Shown in pieces: positions 1 to 10,836 of a stretch of 64,000 nucleotides of DNA. Source of the DNA: Takakia lepidozioides (taxonomy: Eukaryota; Plantae; Bryophyta); assembly GCA_030704615.1 (NCBI GenBank), contig CM060734.1, positions 28,148,001-28,212,000 on the forward strand. Direction: 5' to 3'. The translations under genes were made by a program, and so were the position numbers. Positions within the stretch are counted from its first letter, which is position 1. Every line of letters starts with the position of its first letter. The notes beneath the pieces are model-generated. The model was not told where the DNA came from. It saw only the letters and a list, made by a program, of their open reading frames with translations, and did not search any database.

Positions 1-92
1 CAAATATTGGCCTCCAAGGACCCCAAATAGTCCTCCAAAGAACTCCAAATGGTCCTCCAAGGACCCCAAACAGTCCTCTAAGGACCCCCAAC
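1..92. repeat. Short degenerate tandem repeat (~21-bp unit, GGTCCTCCAAGGACCCCAAAT-like) flanking element A
   Basis: About 4 imperfect copies of cctccaaggaccccaaa visible before the transposon end at 93. Confidence 0.7.
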
Positions 93-175
93 GGGGGCTG
101 CTATTTCATGAGCCATGAGCCATGAGCGGCATGAGTGAGCAGAGTCGTAAGTGTGGAAAAAAACATGAGCAGCAC
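93..175 (+). repeat. Left terminus (TIR) of element A with tandem CATGAGC motifs
   Basis: GGGGGCTGCTATTTCATGAGCCATGAGCCATGAGCGGCATGAG. The same terminal motif recurs at 12600, 32262 (rc), 50029 (rc) and 53539. Confidence 0.85.
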
Positions 176-552
176 TATTTTCCGGAAAATGAGTGTCCGC
201 GGGAATAGGGTTTAGGGTGCCACGGTCATAGGGGGAGAAGGACCTCCCGATGAAGGAGGTTCGGCAATGTTATTTAGAATTATATATTGAAAGGCAATGT
301 TTCGCGAATGGTAGGGTGGTACTGCTCTGTACAATGGGGGCCCATTTCAGCCTACCAGCCACTTGCAAATCCACCCACACTCCCAATCCCAAACGAAATG
401 AGCAATGACGCATTCTGGGAACGATGGACACAGAATAGAATAAAAAGAGGGCACAATGAGGTTTTTATTGATCCACATGAATTGCATTTGAAGCGCGTCT
501 ACTGTGCTGATTGTGCCATCAAATCTTGAGCCCTGGGCCTACTGAATACAAG

Positions 553-1299
553 TCACGTTGTCAATGGGACTTCGACTGCTCTCAGAACTAGCTCATGAGT
601 CATGGGGCTCCTCCATGTAAAGTCGATTGCAGCCGTTGTACCGCCCCTAGTGATGTTCACCACAATGTCCTGCCCTTCAATCATACCACCATCGAATATG
701 GAAATCTTCACGTTTTCGTCGTCCACACCAATGCGAATGTCCCCATACAATGGAGAAGAGGAGCGCACTCCTTGAGGAGAATAGATCTCTCCGATGGAGT
801 CCACCCACGTCCAGTGGCAGCAGTTCCACCGCAACAGCATAGTAGTGCGCCTTCTTCTGCATGGGTGACCGTCGTAGCTGGGAAAATCGGAATCGAGGAT
901 GCGCAGGAGCCACGGACTCCTCAGACCAAGATCGTCACCCCGCTCGAAGGCGTAGTGGCCTACGATATACTCAAAAGCCACCAATGTTTCCACAATCGAA
1001 CCAGTATCTTCTGTGTAATCTGTGTACCAGATAACAATGTCTCCCGATGTGGCCGAATACATTGCATAATCGATGCCTCCAAATGGGTAGTCGTCCCGGT
1101 TCCGGAAGCACGGCATCCTTGCAAAGGAGGACCTGAGGACGACTTGGATGCAGATGACAATGACCTTGCGGACAGCTACGAAGCCCTTAGATTTTGGAAA
1201 ATGATGCAAAGCAGAAGAGCAGTCCGGCCTCCAATAATGGAGCATCTGGGTCCCACGTACCCACCGACGGAGGTGGATGAACCCATACATCTTTCTCAT
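553..1299 (-). CDS. Unknown ~250-aa protein, cargo of element A (paralog 1 of a head-to-head pair)
   Basis: Open frame 553-1365 with first plausible ATG at 1299 (MRKMYG). Colinear similarity to the + strand copy at 1473-2260. The middle part probably switches frame (AVAVELLPLDVGGLH in ORF 677..913). Confidence 0.55.
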   Translation of the reverse strand: MRKMYGFIHLRRWVRGTQMLHYWRPDCSSALHHFPKSKGFVAVRKVIVICIQVVLRSSFARMPCFRNRDDYPFGGIDYAMYSATSGDIVIWYTDYTEDTGSIVETLVAFEYIVGHYAFERGDDLGLRSPWLLRILDSDFPSYDGHPCRRRRTTMLLRWNCCHWTWVDSIGEIYSPQGVRSSSPLYGDIRIGVDDENVKISIFDGGMIEGQDIVVNITRGGTTAAIDFTWRSPMTHELVLRAVEVPLTT

Positions 1300-1472
1300 C
1301 AAGAAGTTATAGTTTGAGATCTGCCACCGAAGTCCATTCCCCCGGTTGGAAATTCGGCGCCGCATTTACATCGAAGAGGGGATGGACTTCGTCGTGTCCA
1401 GTGGCTATCGGCCCACCTGGCAGTGAGTGCCCATAGTTTGCATGGCAGGGTAGGAAACTGAAACGGCTACTC

Positions 1473-2260
1473 ATGAAGCAGCCAATCTTCATCGGTCCAG
1501 GATCCTGTAGGGGGGAAATTTAAATGTGCCCTGGAGTGTTGTGAGGAATTGCAGCGTTAGCTTGAACTTTTTCCAGCCACCGCGCTGCTCCTCCTCCATC
1601 CGGGAGCTGTCATTGAGCGTACTCCGCTACTCTTTTTCAAGGATGCCGTGCCGCGAAATCCAGCCGACTGCCCTTATCATGGCCACGATTATGCTATGTT
1701 CAAACCAGAATCAGGAGACATCATTGTCTGGCTCTCTGTTTTCACAGACGCTGCTGGAATCAAGCAAGAGTCTTTGCGCGCAATGGAGTATCTGGAGGGC
1801 TATTACCGCTTGAGCGAGGTGAGGGCGAGGGTCAATGCGGTCCGTGGGTCCTGAAAATTGTTGACCTCGATATACCAAGCTGGAAAGGGATGCCGGACAG
1901 ATCACGCACGGCCTCGCTTTGGCGCTGGATCTGCTGCCAGTGGACCAGGGAGGACGGCACGGGGAAAACTATATACGTGCAGATCACTCCGCTCTTCCAG
2001 TGTATGGAGACATTCGGCTGAGTTGCGAAGACGAATCGCACGGGCACATGAGGCCCACAGTGACCTTGTCAATGTATGATGGTGGTATCATCGATGGACA
2101 TGACATTGTCGTCGGCTCAGCAAGGGCAGCAGAACGACCGAATTGCAGTTTACCTCGAGGTGCCGCAGCAGTGATGAGCTTGTTTTGAGGGTATCGAAGT
2201 TCCGTCGACTTGGTGAAGCCCATGTAGAGAAGGGCTTAGTTTTGTCTGCAGTTGGTAAAT
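1473..2260 (+). pseudogene. Unknown protein, paralog 2 of the head-to-head pair (frameshifted in this sequence)
   Basis: Pieces in ORFs 1526, 1648, 1919 and 2143 (VLRYSFSRMPC, CPYHGHDYAMFKPESGDIIVW, PVYGDIRL, SMYDGGIIDGHDIVV, SDELVLRV) match paralog 1 (VLRSSFARMPC, YPFGGIDYAMYSATSGDIVIW, PLYGDIRI, SIFDGGMIEGQDIVV, THELVLRA). Confidence 0.6.
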
Positions 2261-2464
2261 GTGAGACATCGTGTCCGATCAATAAACCCATCGTACCTCA
2301 CTTCTGTATGATTGTGTTTCATTCTGTTGAATAACTGTCGGAATTGGCCCCTGTTTACAATTTGATGTCTCATTTCTACAATGTGTCTGTCCGGATGAAT
2401 ATAGCAGAGTAACCGGTATGTGAGTCATGTGTCAAGAATATACCAGAGTAACGCCATGTCGGAC

Positions 2465-3112
2465 ATTGAAATGCGGCACCGCATTTCCATGTGGGACAAG
2501 GAAATGCGGTGCATCATTTCCGTCCAGGTACCGAAAATACCAACACGGGTTCTATAAATTGGACAGACAACGAGGTTGGCATTGCAAATGCGGCGACGCA
2601 TTTCCAGCTTGGCAATGGAAACTTCTTTTGGACAAGGGAATGCGGGTGCCGCATTTCCGTCCAACACTTCGAAAAGTGTGACATTTCCGACCAGCGCGAT
2701 GGAATGCGTTACCGCATTTCCCGTGAGAGGGTCTGCAAATGGACAAATTGCGATGTCCGTTCTGGAAATGCGGCGCCGCATTTCCATGTCCGTCATCGAC
2801 TTTTTTTTACAATGGAATGCGGTGCCAATTTTTGGTGATGGGCCTGCAGTTCGAACAACGACCATCCCCAATATGGAAATGCGGCACCGCATTTTCAATT
2901 CCGCCATCGACTCCTGTTCGACCTCCTTGTTCGACCTCTGTAAGCGTGGTGGCATCCATGCAATGAGCGGGAGAGGCCAAAACTGGCGTGTGGACAAAGG
3001 AAATTTTGGAAATGCGGCACCGCATTTCCAATCGGCCGATTACTTTTTACTATGCCAACATTGAAATGGAAAATTTAGTCCCTCCCTGTTTGGAAATGCG
3101 GTGCCCCATTTC
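2465..3112. repeat. Dispersed cluster (~10 copies) of the A-type palindrome GGAAATGCGGYRCCGCATTTCC
   Basis: Copies near 2468, 2501, 2585, 2637, 2701, 2764, 2814, 2875, 3008 and 3092. The ORF-track peptides EMRRRIS / GNAAPHF / KCGAAF are translations of this motif. Confidence 0.85.
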
Positions 3113-3230
3113 TGATTTTGGAGCGTCGTGGTTTCAGCGATTGTGTGGCTGGATGCACACTGGAGAGGGTCACGAATGTCGGCAGAATTCCTTTATATAC
3201 TCGAAGAGAATTACATTTACAGAGACTTCA

Positions 3231-6200
3231 TTAAAATTCTATTAATCTGAAAAAAATCATCGAATCCTCATCCTGTTCTAGACTGTCCTGCTCGCTCCAC
3301 CCCTCAGTGCCTTTCTCATCTCCAGCGGACTGCTCATTGGCCAGGCTTTCGAAAATCCCATCTTCCCTTGCGGAACTGTCCATCTCACCTCCGTTGGGTC
3401 GTCTTCCTATGTCGGCGTCGCTCATCCGCTGAATCACATATGTACTTCGTACCCCGTTACCTGTCTGAGCTGCTGCCAACTCTTTCCTTATCCTTTCTGT
3501 CCTCCCTAGCCTCTCCAAAATCTGCTCTACTTTACTGGGATTTTTCTCACTTCTTCTAATCGCTGTATTTGCGAGTTTAGCTGCATAACTAGGAAGGGAG
3601 TAGTCCCTCACCGGGCTCGTCATGAAGTCGGCCCTCGCAAAGAACGGGACATTCTTCCTGGCAGGAAGTGTAGGCCCTACATGTTTCGACCCGGACCCTG
3701 CAATCCTGCACATGACAATCATCAACGAGACTAATGAGAACCACAGTCGGGAAATTCGTTTGACATAAATGACCCAGAAGGCTTTGCAAACTTACAATGT
3801 TTGCACTCACTCGTATTCCGGGTTCTCCTCCGCATCAATGTCCACTGTGTCTTCCTCGGACTCCGACGAATCCGAGGAGACTTCCGCTCTGTCGGGAGCC
3901 TTAACATTCCGTTGCAGCCCTTCCAGATGGGATCCCCACACGGATGAATCCTCCTCGTAGGCAAAGAGGTGCCGGTCGGAAAACCGCCCAGCCCACATTG
4001 AGGCACCTGTTACAATGCCATCCACACATTACCACATGGCGCTTCAGATGTTGCGAACTACATCCTAACGAGAATTTGCAGAACAGCATAGATCAAGATT
4101 CTGCATACCTGTCCCACAGATGAGGTCGAGCACTGTGCCCTCCACGTCTGTGCATGTCTCCATAATTGTCTGAATGAAGGCAGGGCTCCGAGTCCGTGAG
4201 TACCGCAGGGGTTCCGTTGAAGTGAGGCTATGAGGGAGAAGTTCCTTGGGAACGTTGTTGAACAGAACGTCGTAATCGAGGGGTCGCAGTTCGGGTCAAC
4301 CTTTCCTCCCTCCTTCCGGAAAGCAAAGGTGGAGTTCTCCTTCACAAAGCAGTATGCATCGAACTGCTTCGTCTGCATACACAGGGGGGAAAACGATTAG
4401 AAACCGAATGCGGCACCGCATTTGAAAAACCCAAGCAAATGAATGGACGAGTGCCAGTGTCGTAATCACCTTCTTCCCTTCCGACCGAAGGCCCAGTGTG
4501 TTGATGCACGTCCACTTCTTTTTCAGAATCGGGACGGCGCTCTTGCGGGTCCACTTCGCAATTCCTGTCTGAGTTTTTTTCCTCTGCTCGCCAGGACAAC
4601 CACACAGCCTCTGTCGTCCAACACCATGCGGGCAAGCCCGAATCCTTTCTTCCAAAAGTCCTCCGAGTACCTGTTCCAAGATGGCAAAGCTTGCAGTCCT
4701 TCCACAGGCTCTCCGTCCGGAATATCCAAGATGATCATATCGCAAGACCACTCGGTGGCATTTCCGCCCCTCCTACAATCCTTGTCTGCACACACCCTCT
4801 CAAAGAACGAGACCATATTCTGAAATCCTGGGGTGTCGGAAGGCTCTTCGGCAGTCGCCTTCTTCAGTGCTCTGCCCTTCAGACCCTCCATGGTCTTCAT
4901 GTATGCCAACTTGGCTGCCCGTCCATCCAAAGCCGCCAAGAAACTCTCATTTACACACTGGACTACTGTTTCGGGAGCCACTTTCGGCCTCTTCATTTCC
5001 ACCGGCTCGAAAGGGTGCCCCCCTGGGGGGTTGAAGAGTGCCTTCTTTGCCGAGCCAGTTCTCGTGCCTCTCGTGACAACGGTGGGCACAGGGGAGGCAG
5101 CCTGCGTTTTGGGGGGTGGGCTGGTTGCAAAGTCTCCATCGGAGTCCTCTTCCTCACCCTCTTCCTGAACAGGCTGTTTCTGCTTCTTCGTTTTGGCGGG
5201 TGTCACAACAGCTGCTCCTTGCTGGCGAGTCCTCTTCTTCGACCCCTTCTGTTGGGCCTGCACAGCTGCATCCACCGTCTTTTGTGCCATCTCAGCTGCC
5301 TTTCTGGATTCTTCCAGAGCAGCAGATTCCTTTGCCGACTTTGGCCCAGCAGGGACACGTCTTTCCTTTCTCTTCTCTTCTGCCAAGGCGTGCAGATCTT
5401 TCTCAGACTCGTCAACAATACCGCCAGACATGTCCAGGTACCACGGGCATCCAACGAGATGCGCGGGATGCCATTGTTTCTGCATCTCGGGTGTGTAGAC
5501 ACAGCTTGGGCCCGCCACGGTCCAAGCCATGAAGAACGGGGGCTCTTGAGCCAGGGCCCCTGTCTGAAGGAGCACGTATTTCATATACCTGCAAGGCAGT
5601 CAGCATGCGTGAGCAAAAGTTGAGACCAACCTACTCGCAGAGTGCCACCGAAAACATAAAATGCGAATGCGGTGCCGCATTTCCGAGACAAACCTCGTAA
5701 CCAGGCTTCGCATACAAGGGCAGCTGTGCTTCACCTGTAAACAATTCGCATTGCAGCTTTCCCCGCTCCCTCCTGATGTGTAAACTCCACGCTCCTTCTT
5801 GCTGTCTGTAGCTCTCTGGCGAAAAGGTTGTCCTTGTACGCACATCTGAAACGTGTCACGTAGTCTTCCAATGTCTGTGTTCCATCCCATTTGACGTACA
5901 AGCCGAACGAATTTGTGTGCATTACGACTTGCTCCTTCGCATTCGACATTACCTGCGATTCCCAAATGCATTGTCACGTAGCAGTTCAGGGAATTCATTT
6001 CAGAAAAGCAAATCTGGGGAAGTACCTTGAATTACCTGGAACCACCAAGTCATACGGTTGAGCCACACATCCACTGCAGGGTCGGAAACTTCCAGTGGAA
6101 AAGACCACATTGTCCTTATGCTCTCGGATGCATTCCAGATCGACAGCCACCGTGTCTGCCATTTCCGATCCAATGTCAGGAGCTGGAAGAGAGTGGCTAT

Positions 6201-8400
6201 TGCTAGGAAGGAACTTCAGTGCATTGAAACCTCACCTTCTCTTTCGCCTCCACACATGCCGTTGAGAGGTGATGCAGTTTCTCCAATTGCATGGTCGGCT
6301 GCATGGCCCGAGAATAGTGTTTTGCAATCTCGGGGATGAAGTCCTTTCCAAGTGCCGGATCTGCAATTGCCACCAGCTTCACAAGCTTTGACTTGTATTT
6401 GGTTCTGGACTTGACACCGGCTTCCTTCAAGTGCTCAGTCAATGACTGCAACGTTTTGACCTGCCCCTCACTTTCCATGAAGAAGCGTTTGGCATGGGCC
6501 AAATCCAGCTTGATGTTTGACTGCCAACAAAAACATGCAGAAGCGTTACATTCGATTCATGTGGAAACATTACTGAAATTGGGGAAGGATGAGCAGGGAA
6601 ATTGGAGGACGACTTACTTCGTATATCACCTCCACCATTCCATCCATAGTGAGACGATACCATGTCCGGTCTGTTTTTGCAACGGCTTTCTGAATGAGCT
6701 CGGGCTCCAGCATTTCCGCAAACATCTGCGGATCAGTGAGACCAGTTTTCCTCACCCTGTACAGCATATGTGCCATGTGGGTATGCACGTACGCATTCTC
6801 AGTGACCCTGCAAGGCACACTCTCCAGTTCAGTACACGGAAGCACGGAAACAAACCAGAATGGAAACCGAAATGCGGCACCGCATTTCGAACGTGCTAGG
6901 GAGGGTATGAGTATCTTACGAGTTGAGGTCCGCCATGGCATTCTTGAGCAGGGAGGAGTCTGCCGCCTTCACCTTCAGGATGACACACTCCACCATGTAA
7001 TGCCAGCCAATGCTTGGCATGGTTCTGCTTGATGTACTCCCACCAGGCGAGAAGTCGGTGATTCCCGTCCCACACAAAAGAACATTTTACCCGACATATG
7101 GCCGAAGTCTGGATCACCCTTCAGCGTCGCCTCGAATTCGTCGTTGCGAGTGTGCCAGTGGGTATCCCACGTTGACAATTCATCGGCAGTGGGTCCACGA
7201 GTTTCGCCGTCCTCATTCTCAATGGAAACGTAAAACGCTGCCGATCCCAGACGGTACCCTTCTCGAAATGCGAACTTGAGCTTATCCACATCTCCGGGAA
7301 GGGCCTGCCTGACGATGGGAAGGGAGACCATGCGACAGAGTGGGATTCGAAGAGTCCGCTGGAATACCCTGCTGCCCAGAACTCTGCCAATGCTACTGTG
7401 TGTCTCCTCCAACATTTTATCCGCTGCACTTTTGAAATCCTCCGGAGACATGTCTGTAGGTGCCGGTAGTGGCTGAGCAGCTGGAGCATCCTCAACTGGA
7501 GCTGCACTCTGGGGCCTGTCTGCGGGCAATTCTGCCATTGCAGAGGCCTCCTCCGGGCCTGCTTGCTCATCGGTGGTGAGGTCTTGCTGCGAACGTTGAG
7601 CGGCAGCACCCTCCTCCGGTACCAAATCGAGATCAACGGTCGATCCATTGCCTTCGCTGCAGCAGAGTCGGCCCCAACATCTGCAGGCGGGAAATCCTCC
7701 AGGAACTGAGCTTCAGCTCGTGGAAGCGGTTTTGCGGGAGATTGTTCGCCGTCGCCCTGATTGCCTTCTGCTTCCTCATCCTTGCAGGTGAAGGTGTCTG
7801 CTGCAATTGAATCTGTCTTTTACCCTGCTGCTTCATTCGCGTTGGGGGGGTGAATCGGCCTGAGCCGGTTCAGAAGCCAGTAGAGGGACGGGCTGCTTCT
7901 TCTTCGACTTTGCTGGAGAAGGGCCCGACCCCTGCTGGCGATTCTCCATGACCGAAGAACGCGAGTCGATCTCTGGGGCTTTGAACTTGCCCTTCGAAGA
8001 CGCGTCTTTGAATCGCACAGGGCTAGGCCCGGCAGGAATACCCGCGCTCGGGATCGGGTGGGTGTACGTGCTGCAGCTAGCTCCTCGGACTCTTCCTGCG
8101 GCTCTTCGGATTCCTGCGATCCCTCCAGCACGTCCACCTTTCCTGTTAGGCATGCAAACATGTTCTGCATTCAAGTCTCCTAGCATTCAGTCTAAGAATT
8201 ACAGAAGCAAAATGGGGGTTCGGTGCTCGATCAGCTGCGCGCAGCCCGATCGCATGGAGCTCTCACTGGTGGCTGGGTTGCCTGAGTGGCCTGCTGCTCG
8301 GAGATGGCAATCTCCTCCTGTAGACGCATCTGCTTCCTCCCCTTCGGCATTGGCCTACGTCCGAAGTATAATTTCCGGAGCTTGCGACGAGGTCTCCTGT
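3231..8400 (-). CDS. Multi-exon ParB/Srx-like + N4C/N6A DNA-methyltransferase-like gene of element A
   Basis: Exons bounded by GT-AG sites are colinear and homologous with the B gene: RPRRKLRKLYFGRRP (~8400-8266); ParB exon (~8148-6920); VTENAY...DRTWYRL; AHAKRFFMESE...ADPALG; RWLSIWN...RMTWWFQ; EPPFFMAW...CPWYLD...DIPDG; FDAYCFVK...VLDLICGT; GASMWAG...YE; last exon RKNVPFFARADF ending at 3231. The 5' boundary is approximate and several frameshifts are present. Confidence 0.7.
3950..4750 (-). other. Beta-class N4C/N6A DNA methyltransferase-like domain (element A)
   Basis: Motif order: CDMIILDIPDG (motif IV position), FWKKGFGLARMVLDDRGCVVVL, RSPAFIQTIMETC..GTVLDLICGT|GASMWAGRFSDRHLFAYEED. This parallels bacterial DLIxxDPPY ... 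RVLKxxGs ... KPxxLxxxLI...GxxVLDPFxGSGTTxxAAxxLGRxxIGxExD. Confidence 0.75.
6920..7370 (-). other. ParB/Sulfiredoxin-like N-terminal domain (element A)
   Basis: LRIPLCRMV...VRQALPGDVDKLKFAFREGY...AAFYVS...FVWDGNHRLLAW. The DGxHR motif and the preceding R...v..L...f..G pattern are the ParB/Srx signature. Confidence 0.7.
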
Positions 8401-8784
8401 CTGGTGCACGAACTCCCCCCCTCTCAGGTTCGAGCATAAGAAGAACAGAGAGAGGGAAAAGGGGCAAAGAGTGCAGATGGAAAGGGCGCGAGAGGGGTGA
8501 CTGAGGAGACACGACAAAAGTAGATGAAACGGCGGTGATGCACCACTTGGGTTCGAAAGGGTTGGACGAAAGTGTCTCCTCGTGGAGTTTGCGTCATTAC
8601 GAAATTCGAATCGTTCAGGGTACGCCTGCCGTCCGAAAAACAAACATCATTATCCAACGGTCAGGCCGCGCCGCCTCATGCCCCTTCAGTCAGATAGAGT
8701 GCCGACATGTGCAGCAATTCCGTTGCTCCACGTGTTCACATTTCAAGGCATTTCCGTCCCAGCGTCTGATGAGTTGGAGCGAAA

Positions 8785-10410
8785 ATGCGAATGCGGCGCC
8801 GCATTTCCGTTAAGTACCATCACGAAGCTACACATCCGTACTTGTTGGAAGAAAATGCGGCACCGCATTTCCGTTCCACCTTCACATACCTTAGTTGTTG
8901 AACGGAAATACGGTGCCGCATTTCCGTCCCACAGCTCCATGTATGAGATTCAAAGGGAAATGCCGCCGCATTTCCGTTCTGGAATGTCGAAAGGTGCGAT
9001 TCGGACGGGAATGAGGCACAACATTTCAGTTCCCGTGGTTCATGATTTTCAATGTGAACGGAAATGCGGTACCGCATTTCCGTTCCCCCTTCACATACGT
9101 TAGTTGATGAATGGAAATGCCGTGCCACATTTCCGTTCGGGAAAGTATAGAGGTCTCACCTGGACAGAAATGCGGTGCCGCATTTCCGGTCTGGAAAGTT
9201 TGAAGGTCTCACATGGATGGAAATGCGGCAACACATTTCCGTAGCACAGCTCCAGGCCCATATACAAAACGGAAATGCGGCGCCGCATTTCCGTTCTAGA
9301 ATGTCGGAAGGTGCGACTCGGACGGAAATGCGGTGCCGCATTTCTGTTCCCGTTGCGCACGATTTTCAGTCAGAACGGAAATGCGTACCGCATTTCCGTT
9401 CTGTAGAGTATTAACGTCTGACGCTGGCGGAAATGCTGTGCCGCATTTTCGTTCCACAGCTCCATGCCTCACATACAAAACGGAAATGCGGCGCCGCATT
9501 TCCGTTTTGGAATGTCGGAAGGTGCGACTCCGACGGAAATGCGGTACCGCATTTCAGTTCCGATGTTTCAGGATATTTCATCAGAACGGAAATGCGGTGC
9601 CGCATTTCCCTTTTGAATCTAATACATTCCGTTCTGGAATGTTGGGAGGTGCGACTCGGATGGAAATGCCGCATTTCAGTTCCGATGGTTCACGATTTCA
9701 GTCAGAACGGAAATGCGGTACCGCATTTCCGTTCTGGAATGTTGGTAGGTGCGACATACGCTGCCGCATTTCAGTTCGATGGTTCACGATTTTCAGTCAG
9801 AACGGAAATGCGGTACCGCATTTCCGTTCTGGATAGTATGAATGTCTCAACGGTCGGAATTGCGCTGTATGAAGCTGTCGGAATCGCACTCGGCTCCATG
9901 CATCAGATACAAAATGGAAATGCGGCGCCGCATTTCCGTTCTGGAATGTCGGAAAGTGCGACTCGGACGGAAATGCGGTGCCGCATTTCTGTTCCCGTTG
10001 TTCATAATTCTCAATCAGAACGGAAATGCGGTACCGCATTTCCGTTCCACCTTCACATACCGTGCTTGGTGGATGGAAATGCGGTACCGCATTTCCGTGG
10101 AGAGTATGAATGTCTTTTAAGGACGGAAATGCTGCAGCATTTCTATCCCTCAGCTCCATGCATCAGATACAAAATGGAAATGCGGCGCCGCATTTCTGTT
10201 CCCTTGTTCATAAATCTCAATCAGAACGGAAATGCGGTACCGCATTTCCGTTCCACCTTCACATACCGTGCTTGCTGGATGGAAATGCGTTACCGCATTT
10301 CCGTTCTGGAGAGTATAAAGGTTTCCCCCGGACGGAAACTCGGTGCCGCATTTCCGTCGCTCTGGTGCATGACCAAGATGCAATACGGAAATGCGGCGCC
10401 GTATTTCCGT
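8785..10410. repeat. Array of ~30 A-type 22-bp palindromes at ~53-bp period between the divergent genes of element A
   Basis: Palindrome starts at 9271, 9324, 9377, 9429, 9482, 9535, 9588 and 9916, 9969, 10022, 10075, 10125, 10176, 10228, 10281, 10334, 10387. About 5 spacer types recur in a higher-order pattern. Confidence 0.9.
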
Positions 10411-10836
10411 CCACCAGCAATCGAAAGAATCACTCGGACGGGAAATCTGGAACCTGAATGGGTTGCATTGTTCCGAAACAACACAATTGCGGCCAGTCTT
10501 GATGAGCACAACTTGGTTGTCTGACCGTTTTAACTAACAGTCCTGGCACTTGTCAGTGCGAACGTTCCTGTCTGCACCGAGAATACTGCTGGATCCACCC
10601 TCAGGAGAAACTGTCAGGAGATGTTATTTCGTCGCCGAATCGGCCATCATTGTCATACTTACTGGCTATGGAATCAAACCTCCCACCTTCATGCATGTAG
10701 CTTGAAACAATACTTTCCACTTCAATGTGCGACTTCCAATCGTCGATGGACTCCGCAGATCCACTTAGATGGTGCCTGTGAGCCTTGGTCTGTCGCTATA
10801 CTGAACCTCGCACTTGCCAACTCCGTGCGGTGTTCG

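Noticed and set aside
205-218. Telomere-like TAGGGTTTAGGG near the element end
   Set aside because: Fewer than two full units; not an array.
4691-5623. 310-aa + strand ORF and similar antisense ORFs (13785..14675, 43453..44037)
   Set aside because: These are shadows of real coding exons on the opposite strand, with no independent motifs.
3231-8400. Bacterial contamination or prophage as the source of ParB and MTase
   Set aside because: The gene has GT-AG introns at conserved positions, lies within eukaryotic transposon TIRs and is interrupted by plant-type LTR retrotransposons.
8785-10410. CRISPR array (palindromic repeat + ~31-bp spacers)
   Set aside because: Spacers recur in a higher-order pattern instead of being unique, no cas genes are present, the context is eukaryotic, and the same motif is scattered in introns and subtermini.
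8582-10524. Long ORFs such as 9433..10524 (363 aa), 17335..18551 and 2425..3064
   Set aside because: They are translations of the palindromic repeats (EMRRRIS/GNAAPHF/KCGAAF, WKFGAEF), open on both strands, with no protein-like complexity.
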